From: Promethearchaeota archaeon
GTDB taxonomy: Archaea; Asgardarchaeota; Lokiarchaeia; Sigyniarchaeales; SOKP01
NCBI GenBank assembly: GCA_048938025.1
Contig: JBHLMP010000001.1
Coordinates: 64,001 to 128,000 of the forward strand
Reading direction: 5' to 3'
Length of the DNA stretch: 64,000 nt
Of the stretch, positions 19,374 to 28,967 are shown in pieces. The notes beneath the pieces are model-generated. The model saw only the letters and a list, made by a program, of their open reading frames with translations, searched no databases and had not been told where the DNA came from. A program made the position numbers and the translations under genes. Within the stretch, counting starts at the first letter, position 1, and every line of letters begins with the position of its first letter.

Positions 19374-20645
19374 TCAATCTCTTTTTAAGCATTGTTTACT
19401 TATTCCATAAAATATTAAAATTAGGAAAAAAGTAGGGACAAAATTAATTGGAAACCAATCTTGAATAAGAAACCATATTCCCATAAAAGTCAAATCAAAA
19501 AAAATTAAGAAAAAGAAACTAGGTTTAATAAAATTTTTTGTTATTTCAGAATGTCGTGGTAAGTTAAATATTATTATAATTAAGATTGGCGTTAGAATTA
19601 AGAGATGATGATCCCAGGAATCAAAATAAGCAATAAGCATAATTAAAATGCCAAAAGAATATCCAAAAATTAAATTTTCAGAATTTGATTTACCAAAAAT
19701 ATAAATAAAGAAACCTAATCCTCCTGTAATCAATAAAACACTTAAAAATATAAATAATTGATAATTTAATAGTTGTTCCTCTGAAAAACCAAATAAAAAT
19801 AAGAGATTTTCTATAATTTTTGTAGCACTAAAAGAATGATTTATGTAAACTGTATCCTCTCCGGTAAAATTAATTGCTATAAAGCCTTTTAATAGGGAAG
19901 GATAGATTAAAAATATAAAAAGATTTAGAGATAAGGGCAATAAAACGCCTAAAATACGTATTAATGTATTTAAAAAATTGATATTCAAATTCTTTTTTTT
20001 AAAATCATAATTGATCGCAATTAGGAATGGAATCATAAAAATAGTTATTGGCTTTACAATTATACTAATTCCAAGAATTAAACTTGCGATAAATTGCCAT
20101 TTAATTTGATCATATTTGAGGTAAATCAGAAGAGATAATAATATTAAAAGTGTAATATAGAGATTGATTTGACCTAAAATATAATTAAAAAGATTAGGTA
20201 CACTCATTAAAAATAAGCTAATATATAATATAACTCTTTTATCATCAATTTCATGATCTTCACCCCTAATTAAAATAATTATTTTATAAAGGATAATACA
20301 GATTAAGATATTTAGAAGTAAATTAACTAAATTGAAAAATACGAACCCTAAGTCAAAACCAAGTAGATAAAAAGGAATAAATAGGACAGCAGATAATGGA
20401 AAATACCGAAATGGCCAAGTACTATAATTTGTTCGATCATAAAGGCCATTAATATCATTTATAAATACTTTCCCAACTGTATAATAAACTCGAAAATCAT
20501 TTCTATCTCTAAAGAAAATTAACGTTAAGATCAATGCCAATATAAAATAAGATATATGAACTACTAAAGCATATTTAAATATCTTATATTGCCATAATTC
20601 TTTAAATCTTTTTTTAATTTTAATTAAAAATGGCTTCAAATTCAT
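19374..20645 (-). CDS. GT-C glycosyltransferase family 87 (DUF2029)-like
   Basis: DF.VYY, FRYFP, GQIN, VKP and SWDHH motifs; polytopic. Confidence 0.78.
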   Translation of the reverse strand: MNLKPFLIKIKKRFKELWQYKIFKYALVVHISYFILALILTLIFFRDRNDFRVYYTVGKVFINDINGLYDRTNYSTWPFRYFPLSAVLFIPFYLLGFDLGFVFFNLVNLLLNILICIILYKIIILIRGEDHEIDDKRVILYISLFLMSVPNLFNYILGQINLYITLLILLSLLIYLKYDQIKWQFIASLILGISIIVKPITIFMIPFLIAINYDFKKKNLNINFLNTLIRILGVLLPLSLNLFIFLIYPSLLKGFIAINFTGEDTVYINHSFSATKIIENLLFLFGFSEEQLLNYQLFIFLSVLLITGGLGFFIYIFGKSNSENLIFGYSFGILIMLIAYFDSWDHHLLILTPILIIIIFNLPRHSEITKNFIKPSFFFLIFFDLTFMGIWFLIQDWFPINFVPTFFLILIFYGISKQCLKRD

Positions 20646-20666
20646 GCTATACTTATCAGATATTAA

Positions 20667-21419
20667 TTATAAGTTAATCTTCATTCTTCTTTTTCTTATG
20701 ATATAAAATATAATACCAAGAGAAAATATAACTGCTAAAATTATTAATGTTGGAATTACATACCAAGGCAAGTAATCAAGGGAAATGTCAAGTACTACCT
20801 CATTATCCTTAATATATAGTTTATAGGAATTTAACGCTCCATTATCATTATAAATAGCAATAATTTTAATATTTTTAGTTGGATTTCCTGGTAATATCTC
20901 ATTCTTTCCTATTTCTACATTTAATGTGGGTAATACCCTATTATCAACATTATACCATTTATATAGATTTAATCCTCCCATATATTCACCTACAGGTGTA
21001 GGAAACCAGAATGGTACTAAGGATTTATAATTTGAGAAATTTAATACTCCAGAGTAATCCTTTGGATTAGAACGATAAACTATTGTAGAATTACTATCGT
21101 TAATTCCCCAGTCTACTTCATTTGTCCACTTCCAAATACTAAATTCTATTTTTATATGCGTTTCATTAACCTCTGATTTATTTATCTCCCACTTCATTTT
21201 TGTACCTTTACTTATATTTTCAAATATACCTGGGTCATCCCATTCCATACCAAAAATAGCATCCATCTCAGATCTTTTACATACATTACATTTCCATACT
21301 AATTTATCATCTATTCCTATTCCAGTGCTAAATTTGGCAGCATTTACCATAGATATATTTGTTGTCATGCACGATAAAATTATTAATATTAAGCAGATGA
21401 GAGGCAATCTTGGTTTCAA
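20667..21419 (-). CDS. secreted protein with C-terminal membrane anchor
   Basis: Signal-peptide-like N-terminus; C-terminal TM followed by RKRR. Confidence 0.7.
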   Translation of the reverse strand: MKPRLPLICLILIILSCMTTNISMVNAAKFSTGIGIDDKLVWKCNVCKRSEMDAIFGMEWDDPGIFENISKGTKMKWEINKSEVNETHIKIEFSIWKWTNEVDWGINDSNSTIVYRSNPKDYSGVLNFSNYKSLVPFWFPTPVGEYMGGLNLYKWYNVDNRVLPTLNVEIGKNEILPGNPTKNIKIIAIYNDNGALNSYKLYIKDNEVVLDISLDYLPWYVIPTLIILAVIFSLGIIFYIIRKRRMKINL

Positions 21420-21422
21420 AAT

Positions 21423-22688
21423 TTAAAATCCTCCCTTTATATCAATATTTAAACTATCTCTTTTCTTTGCCAAACATGCTTTACTTATTCCATAGAAAGT
21501 TATTAACAAAAAAATAGTACATTCAAAATTATATGGAAATAATGGATATGTAAGATACCATATTCCAACGAAAGCTAAATCAAAAAAACTAAAGAAGAAA
21601 AAACCAGGTTTAATAGAGTTAGTAATATGTGAATGTCTAGGTAAATTAAAAATAATTATTATTAATATTGGTGTTAAATTTAGAAGGTGATGATCCCAGG
21701 AATCAAAATACGAAAGTAACATAATTAAAATAGCAAATGCATAACCATAAATAATTGAATTTTCGTCAAATCTTCTAAATATGAAAATTAGGAAACCTAA
21801 TGCACCTAAAAATCCAATAATGCTTATTAGTATGATTAATTGACTAAATGGGATGTTGTAAAAATAGCAAAAATTAGTTATAAGTTTGGAAATACTATAT
21901 GAGAAATTTAAGGCTATAGGATTACTTCCTGTAAAGTTAGTTTCTAAAAAGCCTTTCCATGATTTTGGGTATATAAAAAAAACTATAAAATTCAATGACA
22001 GTGGTAATAATACACCTAATAATCTTACCGTACTTTTAATAAAATCAAACCGAAACTGTTTTTTGTTTAAATCAAAACTAAATATAATTAAAAATGGAAT
22101 TAAGAAAAATGCTGTAGGTTTTATAATAATACTGATTCCTAAAATAACACTTCCTATAAATTGCCACTTAATACTTTTAAATTTAATAAAAATATAAAGA
22201 GATATTAATATAAATAAGGTTATATATAAATTTATTTGACCATAGATATAATTTAAGACATGTGGTAAGCTCATTAAATACAAACTAATATATAAAATAA
22301 CCCTTTTATCATCTTTTTCATGATCCTCATTTCTAATGATCATTATGATTTTGTAAAGGACTATACAAATCAAAATATTTAGGAATAGATTAAATAGATT
22401 AAAAATTATGAAACTAACTTTAAAATCTAAAAAGCCAAAAGGAATAAAAAATAGTGCGGAAAGTGGAAAATAACGAAAATCCCATAAATAATTCGATTGA
22501 TTATACAAATTTTCAGTATCATTCAGAAATATTTCTCCAGCTCTATAGAAGATCACAAAATCATTTTTTTCTTGAAAAAACATAAAAAATAAAATAATTG
22601 ACAGAATGAAATAAAAACTATGAAGTACAATAGCATATCGGAAAATATTATACTTACAAAGCTCTTTAATTCTATTTAATATTTTCAA
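21423..22688 (-). CDS. GT87 (DUF2029)-like glycosyltransferase, paralog of 19374..20645
   Basis: Same motifs and long near-identical stretches (FDSWDHHLL.LTPILIIIIFNLPRHS). Confidence 0.78.
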   Translation of the reverse strand: MKILNRIKELCKYNIFRYAIVLHSFYFILSIILFFMFFQEKNDFVIFYRAGEIFLNDTENLYNQSNYLWDFRYFPLSALFFIPFGFLDFKVSFIIFNLFNLFLNILICIVLYKIIMIIRNEDHEKDDKRVILYISLYLMSLPHVLNYIYGQINLYITLFILISLYIFIKFKSIKWQFIGSVILGISIIIKPTAFFLIPFLIIFSFDLNKKQFRFDFIKSTVRLLGVLLPLSLNFIVFFIYPKSWKGFLETNFTGSNPIALNFSYSISKLITNFCYFYNIPFSQLIILISIIGFLGALGFLIFIFRRFDENSIIYGYAFAILIMLLSYFDSWDHHLLNLTPILIIIIFNLPRHSHITNSIKPGFFFFSFFDLAFVGIWYLTYPLFPYNFECTIFLLITFYGISKACLAKKRDSLNIDIKGGF

Positions 22689-22773
22689 ATTAACAAATAT
22701 TTATTTTGATTTTAAATTCTTAAATTAAATTATTAAAATAAAATTATATGATTTCAAATAACTGTTGATATAA

Positions 22774-24201
22774 ATGTCTTTTGTAAGAAAAAATGATGAT
22801 GATAAAAAAACATCTTTCGGAGTAATTGTAGGAAATAGGGATGTCTTTCCTGATAATCTTGCTAAAGAAGGAAGATTAGAAATTATTGAAATTTTAACTG
22901 AATTGGGTTATGATTATTTAATTTCAAGTGAAAATGATACACAATATGGAGTTGTAGAGACATTTTCAGATGCAAAAAAGTGTGCTGACTTGTTTAAAAG
23001 AAATAGAGATAAAATAATTGGTATTTTGGTAATTTTACCTAATTTTGGAGATGAAAAAGGTATTGCGAATGCTATAAAATTATCAGAACTTGATGTTCCA
23101 ATCCTAATACAGGCATCATCAGACGATATAAACAAAATGGACAGGTCTTCTAGAAGAGATGCTTTTTGCGGGAAGATTTCAGTAACGAGTGTGTTATATC
23201 AATATGGAATTCCTTTCACTCTTACTACAAATCATACATGTGCAATTAAATCGGATGAATTTAAGAAGGATTTAATACGATTTGAGAAAATTTGTAAGGT
23301 TGTTAGGAAAATCAGGAAGGCTAGATTTGGACAGATCGGTACTCGACCTAATGCATTTGAAACTGTGAGATATAGTGAAAAAATTCTTGAGTTTAATGGA
23401 ATTTCTATCGAATCTATCGATTTATCTGAAATTTTAGCAGCAATTCAACAATTAAAAGATGATGATCCAAAAATCAAAGAGAAAATTGAATTTATCAAAA
23501 ATTATACTCCCACTAAAGAATTCCCAGGGGATGGATTATTAAAATTAGCTAAATTAGCTGTGATCGTTGAAATTTGGGTGGCAGAAAATGAATTGGATGG
23601 ATTTGCATTCCAATGTTGGCCCTCGATTCAAGATAATTTTGGTATTGTACCATGCGCAGTGATGAGTATGTTTAGTGAGTCTTTAGTACCTGCTGCTTGT
23701 GAAGTAGATATTTCGGGATTAATTGGCATGTATATATTGCAAGTAGCTTCCGACACACCCTCAGCAATTCTAGATTGGAACAACAATTATGGGGATGATC
23801 CAAATAAAATGGTACTTTTCCATTGTAGTAACCTTCCTAAATCATTCTTTAAAGATACTAAAATGACAATACATCCTATAATTGGAGATGATAAACCTGA
23901 TTCAAGTTTTGGTGCAATTCAAGGAAGAATTAAAACTAACTCATGTACTCTTTTAAGAATAGAAACGGATGATATATATGGAGAGATTAAAGCATTGTTA
24001 GTTGAAGGGAATTATACAGATGATCCTTTAGATACATTTGGTGGATTTGGAGTTATTAACATTCCTAATTTACAAGATATTCTTAAAACTTTATGCAGAG
24101 AGGGATTTGCCCATCATATTGCAGTAACTCTAAATGAAGTAGCAGAAATTGTCAATGAAGCTCTCAATCATTATTTGGGATGGAATATAATTCGATATTA
24201 A
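22774..24201 (+). CDS. L-fucose/L-arabinose isomerase family protein
   Basis: NFGDE, RDAFCGKIS, QCWP, ACEVD, FHCSN and GFAHH motifs. Confidence 0.88.
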   Translation: MSFVRKNDDDKKTSFGVIVGNRDVFPDNLAKEGRLEIIEILTELGYDYLISSENDTQYGVVETFSDAKKCADLFKRNRDKIIGILVILPNFGDEKGIANAIKLSELDVPILIQASSDDINKMDRSSRRDAFCGKISVTSVLYQYGIPFTLTTNHTCAIKSDEFKKDLIRFEKICKVVRKIRKARFGQIGTRPNAFETVRYSEKILEFNGISIESIDLSEILAAIQQLKDDDPKIKEKIEFIKNYTPTKEFPGDGLLKLAKLAVIVEIWVAENELDGFAFQCWPSIQDNFGIVPCAVMSMFSESLVPAACEVDISGLIGMYILQVASDTPSAILDWNNNYGDDPNKMVLFHCSNLPKSFFKDTKMTIHPIIGDDKPDSSFGAIQGRIKTNSCTLLRIETDDIYGEIKALLVEGNYTDDPLDTFGGFGVINIPNLQDILKTLCREGFAHHIAVTLNEVAEIVNEALNHYLGWNIIRY

Positions 24202-24206
24202 TATAT

Positions 24207-25313
24207 TTATTTTTTCCTTTTAACTTTTAGCTCTTTTTCAAAAAAACCAGAGTTAATAATTTTTTGGTGCTCTTCAGTAAAATTTGTTAGAATTTCAAAT
24301 CCCTTTATATTTACAGGAGTATTACTAATTTTATTATGGAAATTAAGAATTCTCCTTCTTGATAAATAAATAGAATATGCAGAAATATCGCACCCTATCC
24401 ACTTTCGATTTAGCTTATCAGCAACTAATAATGTAGTTCCAGAACCACAATAAAAGTCTGCAATCAAGTCTTCTTCATTAGAACCTAATTTAATTATTCT
24501 TTCTAGTAATTTATGGTGTTTCTGAGTCGGAAAACCACTCCATTCTTTTGAAGCGGGTTGCATACAAGGAATTCTCCACACATCATCCACTTTTTTATCG
24601 GTTACAATTCGATATTTTACATGTCCATTTTTATCTTTAACGTTTTTCAAAACTCCGTTTATCATTTCTCTCTTTAATTGTTTTTTTGGTTTTTTGCGAG
24701 GAATTCTTAGCTTATTAAATGTATATTTATTAGATTTGGAATATACTAATATATCATCGTGTGCACGAGGGAGGTTTCTTTTCCCTGCTGAATATTTATT
24801 ATAATAATACCAAATAATATTATTTATAAACCTCTCTTCTCCAAAAATTTCATCCAAGATTAATTTAACATAATGGCTTGCATGCCAATCCAAATGAATG
24901 AATAGTAAACCCGTTTGAGATAATAAATCTTTAAAAAGAATTATCCTCTCATAAAGCATTTGCAAATATGAATCTAAATTCTTCTCCCAATGATCGAAGT
25001 ATGCTATAGTATTATAAACATTATCATTATCTTTAATTTTAATCTGATAATTAGTGCCTGAAAAGAAAGGAGGATCTATATAGATCAAATCTACTTTACC
25101 TTTGAAGTTATTTAATAAATGATATAAAACTTCCATATTATTCCCCCAAAATAATTTGTTTCTCCAGTCTTTCTTATGTAAATTATTTTGGATTTTTTGT
25201 TCATTAACTTCAGGGTGAACTTCAAAAATTTTATAATAATTCAGAAGTCTATTTTTTAATTCTTTCAGTTTGACTGATTTTTCCGATTTTCCCTCCCAAA
25301 TTAATTTTACCAT
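24207..25313 (-). CDS. orphan N6A/N4C DNA methyltransferase (beta class, Mod-like)
   Basis: IYIDPPF precedes FPTQK and ADFYCGSGTT; no restriction gene is adjacent. Confidence 0.88.
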   Translation of the reverse strand: MVKLIWEGKSEKSVKLKELKNRLLNYYKIFEVHPEVNEQKIQNNLHKKDWRNKLFWGNNMEVLYHLLNNFKGKVDLIYIDPPFFSGTNYQIKIKDNDNVYNTIAYFDHWEKNLDSYLQMLYERIILFKDLLSQTGLLFIHLDWHASHYVKLILDEIFGEERFINNIIWYYYNKYSAGKRNLPRAHDDILVYSKSNKYTFNKLRIPRKKPKKQLKREMINGVLKNVKDKNGHVKYRIVTDKKVDDVWRIPCMQPASKEWSGFPTQKHHKLLERIIKLGSNEEDLIADFYCGSGTTLLVADKLNRKWIGCDISAYSIYLSRRRILNFHNKISNTPVNIKGFEILTNFTEEHQKIINSGFFEKELKVKRKK

Positions 25314-25457
25314 TTCTTTATCAAACTATATTTATATTTAGAATTTATTTTTAAATTATATTGTAAATAAATCAGTTATTATAAAGTCTATATTAAAATT
25401 TTTATGATGTTGTTTCTGATTTATTAAAATTAGAAAAAAACGAATTTAAAAGTACAA

Positions 25458-26135
25458 TTACTCAAGATTTGTTCTTTCCAATAAATCCTCAAATTCTTTA
25501 TCTGAAAGGAATCCTTTATGCATCAAAATATCTTTAATTTCGTCCATGAGTTGAGGAGCTCCTTTAGCTTCAAAGATTGTTTCTTCAAGTGCTTTTATCT
25601 TATCATTAAGCGCTTCAACTTCTTTTACTTTTAAATCTTTTTCATCCTTGAGGCTTTCCACCTCTACATATTTATCTGAAATTGATTTTTGTAAATCCTT
25701 TTTAAGACTTTCAATCTCATTATTTTTTTGCTCTAGTTCTGCTCGAAGATCATTTTTTTCATCTTCTAAAGTCTCTATTTTTTCAGATAATTTCTCTAAT
25801 TCTGTAATTTTTGAATTCGCTTCAGATAATTTTTCCTCCATTTCACTTATCGAAGATTTGAATTTATTGGTTTCGGCATCTACATAAAGTTTTTCTTCCT
25901 TGATTCTCTCAAATTTTTTTTTCATTTCATCTAATTCGTCAATTTTTTTCTCTGCTTCTAATAATTGTCCTTTGGTGGTTCTTAAATCTTCTGTTGTATT
26001 ATCTAGGTCTTTTCTTTTCTGAGTTAATTGTCTTTCTAAATCATTAATTTTTGATCTAAGGTCTAATAAAAATCTTCCCTCCACTTTTTGTTTTGCTTCG
26101 GGTTTTTCCTTTGCTTTAGCCCAATCAAAAGAAAT
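25458..26135 (-). CDS. coiled-coil protein with DWAKA head and SHOCT-like tail
   Basis: Heptad-rich; KGFLSDKEF tail. Frame extends upstream of GTG 26084 to ATT 26135, 7 nt after GGTGA. Confidence 0.7.
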   Translation of the reverse strand: MSFDWAKAKEKPEAKQKVEGRFLLDLRSKINDLERQLTQKRKDLDNTTEDLRTTKGQLLEAEKKIDELDEMKKKFERIKEEKLYVDAETNKFKSSISEMEEKLSEANSKITELEKLSEKIETLEDEKNDLRAELEQKNNEIESLKKDLQKSISDKYVEVESLKDEKDLKVKEVEALNDKIKALEETIFEAKGAPQLMDEIKDILMHKGFLSDKEFEDLLERTNLE

Positions 26136-26283
26136 TTCAATTTCACCTCTATTCTGATATAAATTTTATTTATTTTGTATTAGTATATATTTAATTTCTT
26201 TAGATTTATTATTTATAAAAATTTTATTAAATTATTTGAACTAAAAAATAACTATAATAATAAAAAATATGTTTCAAATAAGG

Positions 26284-26949
26284 TTAATCTTTTAAATCTT
26301 TTATTAATTGTTCAAGCTCCTTATCAGTTATAAATCCTTTATGTTCCAATACTTCTCTAATTTTTATCATAATTCTTGGTGACGTTTTAGCTTCCAAAAA
26401 TTGAATTTCAAGAGAATTGATCCTATTAATGAGCTCATTATTTTTATTATTTTTCGCTTCTAAGTTACTTTTAAGGCTTTCTAATTCTATATCTTTTCGT
26501 TTTAAATCATTTTTGAGATTTTGAACTTCCTTTTCTTTAAAATTGATTTTTTGTTCTATTTCAGATGCTTTTTCAGAGGTGAAATTTAATTGGCTCTCTA
26601 ATGTTGTAATTTTCGCTACTGCTTCAGTTAAATTTTTTTCTAACTCTGATTTATTTGATTTTAGCTTTGTTACTTCAATATCAGTATGAAGTTTTTCTTC
26701 TTGCACTTTATCTAAAGTCTTTTTTGCTGAAGATCTTCTTTCTGTTAGCTCAAGTAAACTTTTTTCACGACCAGCTAATTTTTCCCTAGTACTTTTCAGT
26801 TCATCATTTGCTTTTTCTAACTCCTTTATACTCTGGATTAATTTTTGTTCTAGATCATTAATTTTAGTTCTAAGGTCTAAAAGATATCTTCCCTCCACAG
26901 GGAATTTCTTATCAGGTCTCTCCTCAGCTTTTGCCCAATCTATACTAAT
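26284..26949 (-). CDS. coiled-coil protein, paralog of 25458..26135
   Basis: VEGR.LLDLR.KINDLE and KGFITDKE are shared. Start inferred at ATT 26949, 7 nt after GAGGTGA. Confidence 0.7.
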   Translation of the reverse strand: MSIDWAKAEERPDKKFPVEGRYLLDLRTKINDLEQKLIQSIKELEKANDELKSTREKLAGREKSLLELTERRSSAKKTLDKVQEEKLHTDIEVTKLKSNKSELEKNLTEAVAKITTLESQLNFTSEKASEIEQKINFKEKEVQNLKNDLKRKDIELESLKSNLEAKNNKNNELINRINSLEIQFLEAKTSPRIMIKIREVLEHKGFITDKELEQLIKDLKD

Positions 26950-27137
26950 TACTTTCTCACCTCATAATTTCTCTATACTAAATAGATCTATTATATATTA
27001 TTAAATTCGATCTCATATATTTTATATTTCTCTTTCTATATTAAAACTTTAAAAAATATTAATTTATTATAAAGACCAATTATATTAATATTATTTATTT
27101 GATATCTATAAGATAAATTTATTTTTACCTTCTTTTT

Positions 27138-27941
27138 ATGAACAAGATTTCTATCGGATGTGCTGGTTGGGATTATAAAGATTGGATCGGCCCATTTTAT
27201 CCTAAGAAACTTGAGAGACAAAATCATTTAGCTTATTATGCTAAATTTTTTCGGATTACTGAAGTTAACTCAACTTTTTATAATCTCCCCTCTATAGATA
27301 CTGTTAATAAATGGAATTCTCGAACTCCTCCAAATTTTCGTTTCATTGTTAAAATGTGGCAAAAAATAACTCATTACTTAAATGAACCAGCAGTGGTTTC
27401 TAGAATAAATGAATTTTTTTACCATATGGAGCCATTAAAAGCAAAGATAGTAGCATATCTACTACAATTTCCACCGTGGTTTGAATATTCAGAGAAGCAT
27501 TTAAATCAATTAAAACTTTTAATAAATGAGATCTCCTCTATATTTAACTTAATAATTGAACTACGACATAATTCTTGGTTAAAGTCAGAAATCCTTTCTG
27601 AATTTATTGATGGTACTCAAAAAATTCTGGGAACAACCTATATACCGAGTGTTTCTCCATTTTATATACCAAATCAAAAATATTATTATATTAGACTCAT
27701 TGGTGACCGGGAGCTAACGGTTTTTAACCGAATTCAGAGAGATCAAGAAGATGCTATAAGGCATCTTGAACAAAATATCCGGAAATTAAATGAAATGCCA
27801 AATATCTATGAAATATTTATTATTGTCAATAATCATTTTGCTGGATTTGCCCCTGAAACTGCTAATATACTAAAAAAAAGATTAGGTTTAGAATTTCATA
27901 ATTTCGACAAACAGAAAAAAATTTTTGACTATTTAACATAA
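27138..27941 (+). CDS. DUF72 family protein
   Basis: IGCAGWDY.DW.G.FYP, EVNSTFY, LLQFPP, ELRH and NNH..G.A motifs. Confidence 0.9.
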   Translation: MNKISIGCAGWDYKDWIGPFYPKKLERQNHLAYYAKFFRITEVNSTFYNLPSIDTVNKWNSRTPPNFRFIVKMWQKITHYLNEPAVVSRINEFFYHMEPLKAKIVAYLLQFPPWFEYSEKHLNQLKLLINEISSIFNLIIELRHNSWLKSEILSEFIDGTQKILGTTYIPSVSPFYIPNQKYYYIRLIGDRELTVFNRIQRDQEDAIRHLEQNIRKLNEMPNIYEIFIIVNNHFAGFAPETANILKKRLGLEFHNFDKQKKIFDYLT

Positions 27942-28031
27942 TCTTTTTAAACTTCTTATAAACTCTTTTTTACTTTTGAATACTCTTATGAATAAAAAAG
28001 TTTTAAATATTGCAAGTTTGACTAATTTTTT

Positions 28032-28136
28032 ATAGATATTATTGATAATTTAAAGAAAATAGGAGAAGATTGGAGATTAACAGTTCTAGTAGTATGGCTT
28101 TTAGTAGGAATAGCTATTATATTTTTTATAAATTAA
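28032..28136 (+). CDS. putative 34-aa single-TM microprotein (ATA start)
   Basis: IDIIDNLKKIGEDWRLTVLVVWLLVGIAIIFFIN*. BRE/TATA-like AAAAAGTTTTAAATA lies about 25 nt upstream. Confidence 0.4.
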   Translation: MDIIDNLKKIGEDWRLTVLVVWLLVGIAIIFFIN

Positions 28137-28225
28137 AAATTCCGCATAGATTAATCGTTTAATAATTAGTTTTATTAAATCCTAATTCAAAAAGTGTCAT
28201 ACTTAATTGTATAATTGTATGTAAA

Positions 28226-28741
28226 ATGAGTAATAATACCAATGTTGAGGAATTATTTCTTGAAAAATTTGAGAAATTATCCTTAAAAGTCGAGCAATTA
28301 ACAAATGAAATTTCTAAAATGAAAGAGAAATTAGATAAAACCTATAAAGTTAATAGAATTTTTGGTCTGAAAACATTACGAAATTCAACGCCATTAGAAT
28401 TTGCTAAGGATGTATTTGGTATAGGGAGCCCAACTAAAAAATATCTTTTATCAATAAGAGCAATTACAGAAGAATGGAAAGGAAGGAAAAATGATTTTTT
28501 GATTTCAATAAGACAACAAGAAAAAGAAACTCATATGGATCTAAAAGCTCTCGGAATAAGGATTCCAATTAATGATATTAAAAACATCCGGCTTTTAACA
28601 AAACAGATCATTTCATTATTATACTTATCGTGTGAATTAAAAGGGCTTGCTTTTAATGAAATTTTAAGGGAAATATTGATTCAAGTAAACAATGAAGGAT
28701 ATAATATGGTACAGGAAATTAAACATAAAATGAACTTTTGA
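28226..28741 (+). CDS. hypothetical protein (N-terminal coiled coil, possible PC4-like domain)
   Basis: 171-aa ORF with ATG; segment EWKG..LISIRQ....K.LGIRIP. Confidence 0.55.
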   Translation: MSNNTNVEELFLEKFEKLSLKVEQLTNEISKMKEKLDKTYKVNRIFGLKTLRNSTPLEFAKDVFGIGSPTKKYLLSIRAITEEWKGRKNDFLISIRQQEKETHMDLKALGIRIPINDIKNIRLLTKQIISLLYLSCELKGLAFNEILREILIQVNNEGYNMVQEIKHKMNF

Positions 28742-28967
28742 TTCTTATATAGATCGTGAAACTTTTGTTTTACGAAATTTTCTATCTAAAAATAATAATT
28801 TTATAAGATAAAGATTAACTAATTGAAGTCTTTTTAGAAATAGATATTATTATTATAAAATTAAATTAATTTATAGAATATATAAATTATAATAACAAAA
28901 TATTAACTGTAAGGATAAAGACTTTAAACTAATTCAAGATTATTAAAATTCAAAGAAGGCTAATTAA

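Noticed and set aside
24207-25313. Methyltransferase as part of a type III restriction-modification system
   Set aside because: No Res/helicase or nuclease gene is adjacent.
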